Source of the DNA: Candidatus Latescibacterota bacterium
GTDB taxonomy: Bacteria > Latescibacterota > UBA2968
Length of the DNA stretch: 64,000 bases
Reading direction: 5' to 3'
Assembly: GCA_965204745.1 (NCBI GenBank)
Contig: OZ242010.1
Span: forward strand, 2,208,001-2,272,000
Numbering within the stretch: position 1 is the stretch's first letter; every line of letters begins with the position of its first letter. This document shows positions 47,601-57,170 of this stretch, piece after piece. The notes beneath the pieces are model-generated. The model saw nothing but the letters and a program-made list of their open reading frames with translations, was not told the DNA's origin and ran no database searches. The position numbers and the translations under genes were made by a program.

Positions 47601-50291
47601 AGAGACGAGCGCGTAGCTGCTCACAATGCGGTTAGTGCCCGAAGTGCGATAAGACCGACCAACCAAACCACCCACACCCCACTTCGACCCCGAAACGCGA
47701 CCCGTCACATAACACGACGAGATGGTGCCCCCACCACCTTGATTACCGGCCAGACCCCCCACGCGGTCAGCACCGGTCACATTCACATTCAACAACCCCA
47801 ACCCCGAAACATCGCCATCAACCGCATGGAACAATCCTGTATCATGCCGAGACCCCCGGTCGATGAACAGGTGGGAGATCGTCTTGTTGTTGCCTTTGAA
47901 CGTGCCGCTGTAAGGCCCCAGAGGGAGCCAACCCGCGCCGCTATTCCAGTAGGTGGCGTCTGCTTGGGTGATCGCGCCGTCGTTGTTCTCGTCAAAATCC
48001 AAGTTGTTGAGCAGTTCGTAGCCAGTGCAACCGGTGGAAGGGCAACCCTTGCTCGCTGACAAGTTCCCGTTGGGAAAGGCGGCGTTGTAGGCGGTCGTAT
48101 CGGCGGTCGTGGCACTGGCGTCTATGAAACCATTGCCATCCAAATCCCAGCGCATGGCATGCAGTTGGGCCAAGGTCGAGACCTCGAGGAGGCCATCGCT
48201 ATCCGTGTCGTAATGCACGGGTTGGGCAGCGTACTGCGCCGTGGTGTCCAGACCGGCAAACGTCAAGGCCGGATACTGCTTTGTCGTGCCAAAGGTCCAG
48301 GGATCATCATCGTTGGTCCCTGAAGCATCTATGGTCAGATCGTCCCAGTTGGCATAGATGCCGCTCGCAGACGTGACCGATTGTAAGTCGGCAGTCAGCT
48401 TGCCCTCCGGCGTAGCAGTATCGCTATCATCGGCAATGTCGCTTGTTTGCGTGTCCCAGTAGCTATCGGTCACTGTACCTGAGTTTTCCGCCAGCCCATG
48501 CTTGTGCAGGCAGGCCCCCGTCACTGATCCCAGCGAGTAGCTCGACGCGATCGTCGCACCCGAACCATTGGCACCTACCAACCCGCCGCCAGTGGCCCAC
48601 GGCCCCGACTGATTGCACACCACAGACGCCGTGGCGTAACTCGCCACGATGTACGACCCCCTCTGAGCGGCGCCCACCAACCCGCCGACATTGGTGTTCG
48701 CCGTGACCGACCCCGTGACGTAACTCGCCGCGATCCGACCCTTGTTCAGACCCACCAGCGCGCCCACCGTGCCCTGACCCGTATTGATCACCGCGTTGAC
48801 CAACCCCAAAGAGCGGATGTGGGCAGTGGTATCCGTGCTTGCGAAAAATCCCGAAAAGTTGACGTAGCGGTTGATGTACAGGTGGGAGATCGTCTTGCCG
48901 TTGCCCTCAAATGTGGCGGTGTACGGGGCGGTGTTGCTACCGATGGGTGCCCAGCCCGCGCCGCCATTCCAGTAGGTGGTGTCTGCTTGGGTGATTGCGC
49001 CATCGTTGTTCTCGTCAAAATCCAAGTTGTTGAGCAGTTCGTAGCCGATGCAGGTACCGGATGGGCAACCCATCCGGCCGGTACTGCTGGTGTTGCGGAG
49101 GGGAAAGGCGGTGCCATAATCGGCGTGGGTAGCGTCGCCATTGCCGTTGAGGTCGTGGCGAATGGCGTTGAGTTGCGCCAAGGTGGTGATGTCAATCAGG
49201 CGGTCGTTGTCCAGGTCGTAGTCGGTGGCCGGTCGGCCCTGGGCAACCAGGGAATGACCGCTGTACTTCAGCACCGGATACTGCGATGACGTTCCGAAGT
49301 CCCAGGGGTCGTCGTTGCCGGAGTTGCTGTCTATGTTGACGTTCCATGCGGAGTAGATGCCGGTGTAGCCGGTGGGGCGCTGGAGGTCGTCGGTAGCATA
49401 GCCCGTGCCGCCGTCGCTTGTGGTCTGTACGCTGGTTGTGGTGTCCCAGTAGCAGGCGGTCAGGTTGCTACCGCCTGCTGTAATAGAGTCGCCCGTTAGC
49501 CCGCCGACGTAGTTACTGCCGCTGACTCGGCCGGTGGAATATGAGTTTGTTATAGCGTACCCGGTATGCAGAAATCCCACCAGGCCGCCGACGTAGCGAG
49601 TGCCGCTGACGGATGCGGTAGAGTAGCTTGTGGAGATAGATCCGCTTAGGTGTCCGATCAATCCGCCGCTAAGATCACCATTAGCGGTGACCGCGCCGGT
49701 GGTGTAACAGGCGACTACTGTGCCTCGATTGGTGCCAATCAGAATGCCGGTATTTTCATTCCCCGTTACATTGGCGTTGGTTACGCCTAGGGTTTCGATG
49801 AGGCTAGTGGAGTGAATAGCACCGAACAGCCCGACGTGGTTGATGGTGGAGCGGCTGATGAACAGGTTGTTGATGGTGTGGCCGTTGCCTTTGAAAGCGG
49901 CTTGGTATCTGGTTGATGCGCTGGCGTCAGTGCCGATGGGGGACCAGCCGTTGCCGCTGTTCCAGTAGGTGGCGTCTGCTGAGGTGATTGAGCCATCGTT
50001 GTTCTCGTCAAAGTCCAAGTTGTTCATCAACTCGTAGCCGGTGCAGGTGGCCTGGCAACCCATGCCCGAGGCGGCGTAGGGAAAGGCGTCGTTGTAGGCC
50101 ACGGTATCACCAGCGGCTACGGAACCATCGCCATTGAGGTCATAGCGAATGGCATTCAGTTGCGCCAAGGAGGTGACATCAATCAGGTTGTCGTTGTCCG
50201 TATCGTAGTCGGTTTGGGCAAAAGCCTGCCCCGATGCCACCAGCATGACCAGCGCGACCAGGGCCAACAAATGAGCGTAGCGGGGCGTCAT
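44688..50291 (-). CDS. Secreted protein: four GLUG-motif modules + Calx-beta x2 + dockerin-like x2 (1867 aa)
   Basis: Signal peptide MTPRY..AFA; 4x YDxDxDxLxxVxxLAQLxAxRxDxxG...CxGYEL; VGGLVG repeats; DDGDDEPNETV...GTGTIIDD. Confidence 0.88.
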   Translation of the reverse strand: MTPRYAHLLALVALVMLVASGQAFAQTDYDTDNDNLIDVTSLAQLNAIRYDLNGDGSVAAGDTVAYNDAFPYAASGMGCQATCTGYELMNNLDFDENNDGSITSADATYWNSGNGWSPIGTDASASTRYQAAFKGNGHTINNLFISRSTINHVGLFGAIHSTSLIETLGVTNANVTGNENTGILIGTNRGTVVACYTTGAVTANGDLSGGLIGHLSGSISTSYSTASVSGTRYVGGLVGFLHTGYAITNSYSTGRVSGSNYVGGLTGDSITAGGSNLTACYWDTTTSVQTTSDGGTGYATDDLQRPTGYTGIYSAWNVNIDSNSGNDDPWDFGTSSQYPVLKYSGHSLVAQGRPATDYDLDNDRLIDITTLAQLNAIRHDLNGNGDATHADYGTAFPLRNTSSTGRMGCPSGTCIGYELLNNLDFDENNDGAITQADTTYWNGGAGWAPIGSNTAPYTATFEGNGKTISHLYINRYVNFSGFFASTDTTAHIRSLGLVNAVINTGQGTVGALVGLNKGRIAASYVTGSVTANTNVGGLVGAAQRGSYIVASYATASVVCNQSGPWATGGGLVGANGSGATIASSYSLGSVTGACLHKHGLAENSGTVTDSYWDTQTSDIADDSDTATPEGKLTADLQSVTSASGIYANWDDLTIDASGTNDDDPWTFGTTKQYPALTFAGLDTTAQYAAQPVHYDTDSDGLLEVSTLAQLHAMRWDLDGNGFIDASATTADTTAYNAAFPNGNLSASKGCPSTGCTGYELLNNLDFDENNDGAITQADATYWNSGAGWLPLGPYSGTFKGNNKTISHLFIDRGSRHDTGLFHAVDGDVSGLGLLNVNVTGADRVGGLAGNQGGGGTISSCYVTGRVSGSKWGVGGLVGRSYRTSGTNRIVSSYALVSVSIPATVTSDGMAGGLVGWLTDQTEVVASYALGSVFAGHSNAVGGGLVGQIASGGGVTASYATGAVTGAGTKGGLVGSSAGTVTDSYWDTQTSDIADDSDTVAPEGKLTSDLQSVTAASGIYAAWDDLTIDASGTNDDDPWTFGTTKQYPVLTFAGLDTTAQYAAQPVNYDTDSDGLLEVSTLAQLHAMRWDINGDGAIDSSATTADTTAYNAAFPNGNLSASKGCPSSGCTGYELLNNLDFDENNDGAITSADAAYWNSGQGWMPIGSDANPALRYTGDFKGNGYTVQNLFISRSTVSYQALFGGTGTNSRIESLGVTDADVTADDFSAILVGGNRGEIVACYTTGRMTGDNVVGGLVGWTGGSISTSYSLASVSATQNLGGLVGSKATTGSITNSYSTGAVSLSSGSMTSIGGLLGEAVSGTGTVTGSYWDTQTSGRQTSLGGSGAAGKTTSELQSPTTYGATSNDTYYNWNANIDGQAGNDDPWTFGTMDQYPALKYAGLDTIVQFQLQPAVVTLVLTPSSISESGGMSTVTATLAHPLSAATTITVRPVAGAYTVGTDSTITIAAGQTANASDTVIITAVDNTRDELNRDVDMSVVSDNAQGSVVLPTEITITDDDPQPRLSISSPSAVEGTALTFTVRLNAASGKAVTVAYADAGTGTATSGTDYTALTAGTLTFAAGTTSQTIAVSVSDDGDDEPNETVIVTLSSATNATISTAQGTGTIIDDDGMPALSIGSPSVIEGATGATLTFRVYLSPAHTAQVTVAYADAGTGSATSGTDYTALTAGTLTFAVGDTIQTIPVSVTDDGDDEPNETVIVTLSSATNATISTAQGTGTIIDDETPSANLDVDGDGRVRLFSDIILVIRYVLFFRNEALLRGNVIEPTATRKTAQEIEPYLDTLVNQNILDVDGDGDVRLFSDIILIIRYVLFFRNEALVRGNVIEQTATRTTAQEIEPYIRSLYPASHFQ

Positions 50292-50611
50292 ATCAGACTC
50301 ATCTCGGGGGACTGTACTGATCATCCTAACGGACTGTTTCGCAATGAAATAGAACCGCACTCCAAGATGGGAATGGGCGATATGAACGCCAGTTTTCACG
50401 GTGGAAACATAGTGCCAAATGAGGTTCAAACAGCGGCTGAAAATGGCGGTAATCATCTGAATCCTCCTTTGCAAAAGCACTGTCGCACAGACCGGGCGCG
50501 GCTTTCCTTCGCACTCAAAATCGCAATGGTGAACGGAAAAAAATAAAAAATCGCGCTATTATTTTTCAAACGAAAAAATGACGATAGGATCGGTGGTCAG
50601 TCAAGCGAGAA

Positions 50612-50636
50612 GGACAGGCACGGGGCCTGTCTCTAC
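50612..50636 (-). repeat. GTAG-type REP palindrome
   Basis: Reverse complement GTAG-A-GACAGGC-CCCGT-GCCTGTC-C. Confidence 0.65.
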
Positions 50637-50754
50637 GGATGATGACGACAGGCCCCAAGCGGTCAGCGAGATGCTGTGACGCGCTGTGACTTGACATGGA
50701 ACCATTTTGGAGTAAATTCCAAAATAGTCTAACCAATTTGGAAAGGAGTTCAAA

Positions 50755-51921
50755 ATGGTACATTATGATCGGCGGTTAAAAATTGCGTTGCCCAGCAGAC
50801 AATCGGCCTTTTTGTGGGGGCCGCGCAAAACCGGCAAATCCACCTATCTCAAAGCAACATTTCCCAACAGCTTGGTCTATGACTTTCTGAAGACGGATCT
50901 GATGTTGGATTTTAACCGGCGGCCGGCCCTGTTGCGCGAGCAACTTCTCGCACAGCCCGATGCGGTGCTGGCGCGTCCGATTATCTTGGACGAGGTGCAG
51001 CGCGTGCCGCTCGTGTTGGACGAAGTGCATTGGCTCATCGAAAACAAGGGGTTGCGTTTTATCCTGTGCGGCTCCAGTGCGCGAAAGCTCAAGCGGGGCC
51101 GGGCGAATTTGCTCGGTGGTCGCGCGTGGCGATACGAGATGTTTCCGCTGGTGACAGATGAGTTGCCCGATAGCGATGTGGATCTGTTGACCATTTTGAA
51201 TCGCGGGCTGATACCCGATCATTTTGCCACCGCGCAATACCGCCGTTCCCTGAATGCCTATTTGCAAGATTACCTAAAGGAGGAAGTTTTTGCCGAGGGG
51301 TTGACGCGCAATATCCCGGCGTTTTCCAGATTTTTTGACGCGCTTGGATACACACACGGCGAGTTGACCAATTTTTCCAATATCGCACGCGAGTGCGGCG
51401 TGAGTTCCAAAACCGTGAAGGAGTATTATCAGATTCTCGTGGATACGCTTTTGGGGCGCGTGGTCGAACCGTTCAAAAGACGCCAAAGTCGCCAAGTGAT
51501 TTCCAAAGCATCCAAGTTCTATTTGTTCGATGTGGGCGTGGCCGGCGCGCTTGCAAAACGGCATTTGCCAGACGCGCACGGCGAGGTTTTTGGCAAGGCG
51601 TTTGAGCACTTTATTTTTGTCGAACTGGCCGCGCATGCTTCTTATGGCGCGTTGAATTACGACATTCACTTTTGGCGCACCAAGTCCGGGTTGGAGGTCG
51701 ATTTTGTGCTGGGCAATGGCGAGGTGGCCCTCGAGGTCAAAGGCGCGAGGCGAATAGATAACAAAACTCTCCGGCCCCTGCACGCATTTATCGAGGAATA
51801 CGCGCCCAAAAAAGCACTCCTCGTTTGCAATGAAACCGCAGAACGCGCGGTTGGCCCCATTCGCATTGTCCCGTGGAAAATATTTTTGCAATCGCTATGG
51901 GCAGGTGAGGTGATTTCGTGA
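50755..51921 (+). CDS. AAA_14-type ATPase with C-terminal DUF4143-like (PD-(D/E)XK-like) domain
   Basis: GPRKTGKS, IILDEVQ, CGSS, KFYLFDVG, FWRTKSGLEVDF..EVK. Confidence 0.9.
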   Translation: MVHYDRRLKIALPSRQSAFLWGPRKTGKSTYLKATFPNSLVYDFLKTDLMLDFNRRPALLREQLLAQPDAVLARPIILDEVQRVPLVLDEVHWLIENKGLRFILCGSSARKLKRGRANLLGGRAWRYEMFPLVTDELPDSDVDLLTILNRGLIPDHFATAQYRRSLNAYLQDYLKEEVFAEGLTRNIPAFSRFFDALGYTHGELTNFSNIARECGVSSKTVKEYYQILVDTLLGRVVEPFKRRQSRQVISKASKFYLFDVGVAGALAKRHLPDAHGEVFGKAFEHFIFVELAAHASYGALNYDIHFWRTKSGLEVDFVLGNGEVALEVKGARRIDNKTLRPLHAFIEEYAPKKALLVCNETAERAVGPIRIVPWKIFLQSLWAGEVIS

Positions 51922-51931
51922 TGGGCATAAC

Positions 51932-52252
51932 GGGGACTGGGGGGATAGGGCTTGCGAGGTGGGACCTACCCCCTGGCCCCGTTACTCGCTACGCTTCGTT
52001 GTAGGCTACGCCTGTGCCTGCGAGGAAGGGGGAATGGCGAAAGGTTTTGCGAGGGATTTGCGCGAGATTGGGTTTCTATGGCATTATCCATTCGCCCAAA
52101 GCCATCAAAACAGCCCTGGATGCAACCCTTTAAGAAAGCCATGCGCTCCCCCTTTCCTCGTAGGAAAGGGGGCCGGGGGGATAGGTTTTGCGGTAGGGTG
52201 GTGTGGGGTAATCCGCGCAATCCCCTAATCCGTTTAATCCGCGATTCAGACA
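51932..52252. repeat. Inverted pair of REP-like hairpins plus 9-mer repeats ending in AATCCGCGATTCAGACA
   Basis: CCTACCCCCTGGCCCC..CCTGCGAGGAAGGGGGA and CCCCCTTTCCTCGTAGGAAAGGGGG; related hairpin at 34163-34205. Confidence 0.7.
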
Positions 52253-52287
52253 CGGCAGGGCGGAAAGGACGGGCATGCCTTGCCTTC

Positions 52288-53121
52288 TTATGTGGTTGCG
52301 TCTAGTTGCTTTCGTCCGCCCAGTGTCGCGCCGCCGTCGATAGTCAGGGCTTGGCCCGTGATGTTTTTTCCCTTGTCGCTACACAAAAAGACGACCATGT
52401 GCCCCACGTCATCCGGGGTTTGTTCCCTGCCCAGGGGCACGCTGTTGCGGATCACATCGTCGAAAATTTGCCGGGCCGTGAACTTCTCGTACGCCGGGTT
52501 GGCGCCTTGGATTTGAGACGCGATCATCTGCCACGCGCGCGTCCACAGATAGCCCGGGCAGATCGCGTTCACCCTGATGCCGCGACCGGCGAGTTGGCGG
52601 GCCAAGGTGCGGGTCAAGTGAATCACCCCGGCCTTGGCCGCGCCATAGGCCGGCATGGAAACGCTGGGCATCAGCGCGGCAATCGACGCGATGTTCACGA
52701 TGCTGGAGCCGCGACCGAGATGCGGAATGGCTGCGCGGGAAGACACAAAGACCGTGCGGAGATTGGTCCGCAACTGCGCGTCCCAGCCCTCGGCGGACAA
52801 TTCGGTCAGCGGGATTTCCAATGACGCCTGGGCCGCATGGGTATCCGGCCCCCCGATGCCCGCGTTGTTGACCAAAATATCCAGCGCGCCGAATTTTGCC
52901 ACGACCCGCTCGAGTGCCGAGCGCATCGCGGCTTCATCAGACGCATCCGCGCACACGCCTATCGCCTGCGTCGCCAGCGTCCCCGCGGTCTCCTCTGCGC
53001 CCTCGGCATCCAAATCCACAATCGCAACCCGCGCGCCCGCACCTGACATAAGTTTTGCTATTGCCGCGCCAATCCCCCGCGCCGCGCCGGTGATGAGTGC
53101 GACTCGACCGTCTAAATCCAT
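52288..53121 (-). CDS. Short-chain dehydrogenase/reductase
   Basis: TGAARGIG, VNNAG, YGAAK, ITGQALTIDGG. Confidence 0.95.
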   Translation of the reverse strand: MDLDGRVALITGAARGIGAAIAKLMSGAGARVAIVDLDAEGAEETAGTLATQAIGVCADASDEAAMRSALERVVAKFGALDILVNNAGIGGPDTHAAQASLEIPLTELSAEGWDAQLRTNLRTVFVSSRAAIPHLGRGSSIVNIASIAALMPSVSMPAYGAAKAGVIHLTRTLARQLAGRGIRVNAICPGYLWTRAWQMIASQIQGANPAYEKFTARQIFDDVIRNSVPLGREQTPDDVGHMVVFLCSDKGKNITGQALTIDGGATLGGRKQLDATT

Positions 53122-53170
53122 GTGGCTATACCTCGCGTTTTGCGCTGTGAAGGCGACCGCGCCCCCACAG

Positions 53171-56077
53171 TCATCTGCGTTCATCTGCGGATGGTTTTTC
53201 GCGGTTCTCCATCAACTCCAACCCCAGTGTCTTCCCCTTTTCCACCGCGGGAATGCCCTCGGCCATCCACGCGGGTGCGGGTGCGTCTTTGAGGTGGTGG
53301 TCGAAAAACTGTTGCAAGCGGATGCTCCAATCCCTGCGGTTGTGGTGTTTGCGAATGCCGTGCGCCTCGCCATTGTAATTGACCAGATACGCGGGTTTGC
53401 CCAAGCGGCGCAGGGCCACAAAGAGTTCAATTCCCTGGTACCACGGCACCGCGCCGTCCTCGTCATTGTGCAAAATGAGCAGCGGCGTTTGAATTTTATC
53501 TGCCCAGAAAATCGGCGAATTTTCGATAAACCGCATCGGGGCCTCCCACAATGACCCGCCAATGCGGCTTTGGGTTCTTTCGTACTGCATCATGCGGCTC
53601 AGGCCCGAACCCCAGCGGATGCCGCCGTACGCGCTGACCATGTTCGACACGGGCGCGCCGGCCTCGGCTGCGCGGAAGATATTGGTGCGCGTGATCATAT
53701 ACGCGATCTGGTACCCGCCCCAACTGTGGCCTTGCACGCCGATGCGGTCCGGATGTACAAAGCCCTGGTTGACGAGATGCGTCACCCCAGAAACGACCGC
53801 GTTGACCGCGCTCTCCCCCGGAAAACCGACTTTGTAGGGAATGTCCGGGATGAACACGAGGTACCCCCGGCTCACGTAAAAGGGAAAATTGATCGACCCG
53901 CCAGAAGTTCGGGGCGTGCGGTGGGCGTGGAGCTGATGCGACATCCGCTCGTAAAAATAAACCAGCATGGGGTATTTTTTTGCTGGGTCAAACCCCTCGG
54001 GCTTGTACAAAATGCCCTGCAACACCTCGCCGTCGAGCGAGATCCAGTCCACGAGTTCGGCAGTGCCCCACAAATAATCCTTTTGCTGCGGGTTGACCTC
54101 GCTGATCTTCCGCGCATTTTGAAACCCGAGATCAGCCATCCACAGATCCGGATACTCTGCAAAATCCGATTGCCTGAACAGCAACACCTCCGCGTCCTCG
54201 GCCTTTTTCACATCGAGAAACCGCTTGTCGCGCCTGATGAGTTCGACCGGCGCGTCCCCGCCCGCGATCCGATCTCGGTAATAGCCCATCGCCTTGGTCT
54301 CGCGGTGAACCCCGGAAAACAACAACTCGGCTTTGGGATCGCGCGCGCGCTCCTCCGGGTCGAGACGCACGTACCGAAAGCGCGTCTCGGTCTCTCGACC
54401 AACCCCTTCGGTGATGGCGATAGGCGCGTTGCGCCCATTGGGATCCACGAGCCAAATATCGTAGCGGTCATAAATGAGAAATCCCTTGTCGCCGGTTGTC
54501 CACCCGGCATTGCCGTGAGCATCTGGCGGATAGGGGTGGTCGTGCAACTCATCGTGCAGCGGATGGGGAATATGCTTCCCCGCGTTGATGCGAATCGCGT
54601 TTTTGACCTGTTGCACGTACCAGGTCTTTTGCACCCGATCCCACCAATAAATATACTTGGACTCGGGCGAAAAATTGGGCCGCGCCTGCTGCTTGGTCAA
54701 CACGCGCCGAGACGCGCCGGTCTTGACGTCGATCAAATAACTGTCGTAATAGGCCGGCGTATCCCAAGAAATGAGTTGGCGATAGGGCAGAATCGAATAG
54801 CCTATCGCAACATCCGCCTCGCCCTCGCTTCCCAAGCGAATGTCGGGAATGGTCTCGGTGGCGAGTTGCACCACTTTGCCATTGTTCAGGTGAACCACTG
54901 CGCGATAGGCGCGCTCGCGCTCGTCTTTGGCGTCTTTGAGTTGCATGGGCTGGAGGTACGGGTCTTGCCAGTTCCAGATATCGACCACCACCTTTTCGTC
55001 GTCGGGCGTGTCGTCATCCGCTTCCGGTTCTGGCCGGGGCGCCGTGCCAAAAAACAGGCGTTTGCCATCTTTGGAAAACGAGAGGTTGCCGCGTTCGCTG
55101 ACCCACCAGTTGGCCGGGATGCCCGGCGTATTTGATCGGGCGCGCACTTTTGCCCGATCTTTTGACCCCACGCGCCAGGAATAGAGGGCGTACTCTTGTT
55201 GCTCTGTGTCAAAGCTGTCGCGGTTGGCGACAAATGCGAGCTGGGTACTGGACTCGTCGCAAGTGATCTTTTTGTAATCCCCCGCGCCGCGCAGAACAAC
55301 CGTGGAATCGCCCGTGCTCGTGCGGATGGCATAGATCCCATCGGCGGTGCTGTCTTTGCTCGCAGCGGCAAAAATGAGATGCGCGCCGTTTTCCGTGAAC
55401 GCATAAGAAACCACATGGGCGTATCGCGTTTCCGCGCCCGTTTGCAGGTTGCGAAGCACGAGCGTCGTGCCCTCGGCTTTTTTGCGTTTCTTCTTTTTGT
55501 CGTCCTTTTCTCCTTCCTTTTTCGCTTTCTTCCCTTCTGTCTTCTCGGGTTCCGGTTCTTCTTTGCCCGCGGATGTCTTCTCCTTTTTCGCTTTTGTGCT
55601 GTCCTTTTTCGCCACTTCCTTCTCCAGCAAATACGCGACCCAATCGCTGTTTTCTTTGGGCAATTTGAAAAATTTGACCCGCGCTGCCTTAAAGAGATCG
55701 CCCGTTTCGAGCGCGAGGACCCCGAGCGAATCCTTGGGCGATTCCTCCGGCTTCTTCTCGTCGCGCTTTGCCTGCTTCACCGAATCCTCAAACGCCTTGA
55801 TGAGCGCGATCACATAGCGCGAATCCCTCGTAAATCGCACGGATGCCCCCCGCGGGATCGCGTACGTGCGGTCGTCCCCAAGGCTCACGATGCGGAGTTC
55901 CAAGTCCTTTTCCTCTGGCCCAACAGACAGAAAAGCCCATTGCCCATTGCTGGAAATCGCATGGGCGCGCATGCGATTCCACACGTCATACGCATCGTGA
56001 TCCAACGGCTTCTTCTCGCCAAAAACAGCCGCCGCCAAAACCATCAAAACCGACAACACACCGAAACCCAAACGCAT
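53171..56077 (-). CDS. Secreted S9 (prolyl oligopeptidase family) peptidase
   Basis: Signal peptide MRLGFGVLS..; GHSWGGY, NDEDGAV, EAHG catalytic triad. Confidence 0.95.
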   Translation of the reverse strand: MRLGFGVLSVLMVLAAAVFGEKKPLDHDAYDVWNRMRAHAISSNGQWAFLSVGPEEKDLELRIVSLGDDRTYAIPRGASVRFTRDSRYVIALIKAFEDSVKQAKRDEKKPEESPKDSLGVLALETGDLFKAARVKFFKLPKENSDWVAYLLEKEVAKKDSTKAKKEKTSAGKEEPEPEKTEGKKAKKEGEKDDKKKKRKKAEGTTLVLRNLQTGAETRYAHVVSYAFTENGAHLIFAAASKDSTADGIYAIRTSTGDSTVVLRGAGDYKKITCDESSTQLAFVANRDSFDTEQQEYALYSWRVGSKDRAKVRARSNTPGIPANWWVSERGNLSFSKDGKRLFFGTAPRPEPEADDDTPDDEKVVVDIWNWQDPYLQPMQLKDAKDERERAYRAVVHLNNGKVVQLATETIPDIRLGSEGEADVAIGYSILPYRQLISWDTPAYYDSYLIDVKTGASRRVLTKQQARPNFSPESKYIYWWDRVQKTWYVQQVKNAIRINAGKHIPHPLHDELHDHPYPPDAHGNAGWTTGDKGFLIYDRYDIWLVDPNGRNAPIAITEGVGRETETRFRYVRLDPEERARDPKAELLFSGVHRETKAMGYYRDRIAGGDAPVELIRRDKRFLDVKKAEDAEVLLFRQSDFAEYPDLWMADLGFQNARKISEVNPQQKDYLWGTAELVDWISLDGEVLQGILYKPEGFDPAKKYPMLVYFYERMSHQLHAHRTPRTSGGSINFPFYVSRGYLVFIPDIPYKVGFPGESAVNAVVSGVTHLVNQGFVHPDRIGVQGHSWGGYQIAYMITRTNIFRAAEAGAPVSNMVSAYGGIRWGSGLSRMMQYERTQSRIGGSLWEAPMRFIENSPIFWADKIQTPLLILHNDEDGAVPWYQGIELFVALRRLGKPAYLVNYNGEAHGIRKHHNRRDWSIRLQQFFDHHLKDAPAPAWMAEGIPAVEKGKTLGLELMENREKPSADERR

Positions 56078-56248
56078 GGCAAACCCCTCGATAACAGGTG
56101 ACGAAAATCGAACGCTACCCAATATAACAGATACCCGCGCCGTGGAAAAACAAAAGCGGATTCGCCACAAAGACGCTTGCAACACTGTCACTTTTACCCT
56201 ACATTTTAAGATATGAACGAACCATCGCGATTCTAATGGAGGCGAAAG

Positions 56249-56674
56249 ATGACTGTTTCGACACTCGCCATCCCCAAATGGCACGGGCAAAGCATTATGG
56301 ACGAGCCTGCATTGCTGGAAGGCCGTCTGATGGCCGTGAATTGGGCCTGCGGCACAGCGGAGTTACACCGTAGGCATGGGGCGGTTGTGCCCTTGTGTTT
56401 TGGCCCCGCGCTCAACGACGCCGTGCGCGGCCTAACAACGCAACACGTCGAGATCAGAGGCCGCGGCCGCTTCAACGCCGAGGATCGGTGGGAGGTGGTT
56501 TGCGTGGAGCAAATCACCGGCACGCGGTCATTGTCAGAGCCGTTCGACCTCGAGGCATTTCGCAACAACCCCAATCCGAAGATATTCGACCCGGATAAAG
56601 TCATCGCGCTCGACCTAACGCAAGAAGAGTGGGAATCTTTCAACCGTGCGATACGCGAAGGAAGGGATGCCTGA
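56249..56674 (+). CDS. Hypothetical protein, probable antitoxin
   Basis: GGAGG RBS; TGATG overlap with PIN gene; acidic C-terminus EEWESFNRAIREGR. Confidence 0.65.
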   Translation: MTVSTLAIPKWHGQSIMDEPALLEGRLMAVNWACGTAELHRRHGAVVPLCFGPALNDAVRGLTTQHVEIRGRGRFNAEDRWEVVCVEQITGTRSLSEPFDLEAFRNNPNPKIFDPDKVIALDLTQEEWESFNRAIREGRDA

Positions 56675-57084
56675 TGCTTGCGAGTTTGCCCATCGTGCTC
56701 GATACCAGTGTCGTCTCAATACTCATGCGCCGAGAAGAATCGGCTACCTACTACTTGGATCGGACAGAGGGACGGCGTGCGGTCATTTCGTTCCAAACGC
56801 TGGAAGAGTTGTGGTTTGGTGCCTACAAAAGAGGCTGGGGCGACAGACAGATGAATGCCCTAAGGCAAAGCCTTGACCTATATGAAGTTCTGTGGCCGAA
56901 CATCGACATGGTGTATATCTCCGCGCATCTCCGTAGCCAACGGGAGTACGCGGGCCGCAGGCTAAACACAGCAGATTCATGGATCGCCGCAACCGCGATT
57001 GTGTTGGGTTGTCCCCTTGCGTCCCATGATCGAGACTTCTCCGGCATTCCCGGTTTGGAACTCATCCGAGCACCGTCACCATAA
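56674..57084 (+). CDS. PIN-domain (VapC-like) toxin
   Basis: IVLDTSV, TLEEL, DSWIAATA, SHDRDF. Confidence 0.92.
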   Translation: MLASLPIVLDTSVVSILMRREESATYYLDRTEGRRAVISFQTLEELWFGAYKRGWGDRQMNALRQSLDLYEVLWPNIDMVYISAHLRSQREYAGRRLNTADSWIAATAIVLGCPLASHDRDFSGIPGLELIRAPSP

Positions 57085-57110
57085 CCCGCCAAGCCCTGTG
57101 CAGAAAATAG

Positions 57111-57142
57111 AAAAGCCGACGCTATGCAAACGTCGGCTTTTT
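57111..57142. terminator. Bidirectional terminator
   Basis: AAAAGCCGACG-CTATGCAAA-CGTCGGCTTTT between convergent genes. Confidence 0.8.
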
Positions 57143-57170
57143 CGTTGAAGTCCTTTTTTGACCAGATCAA

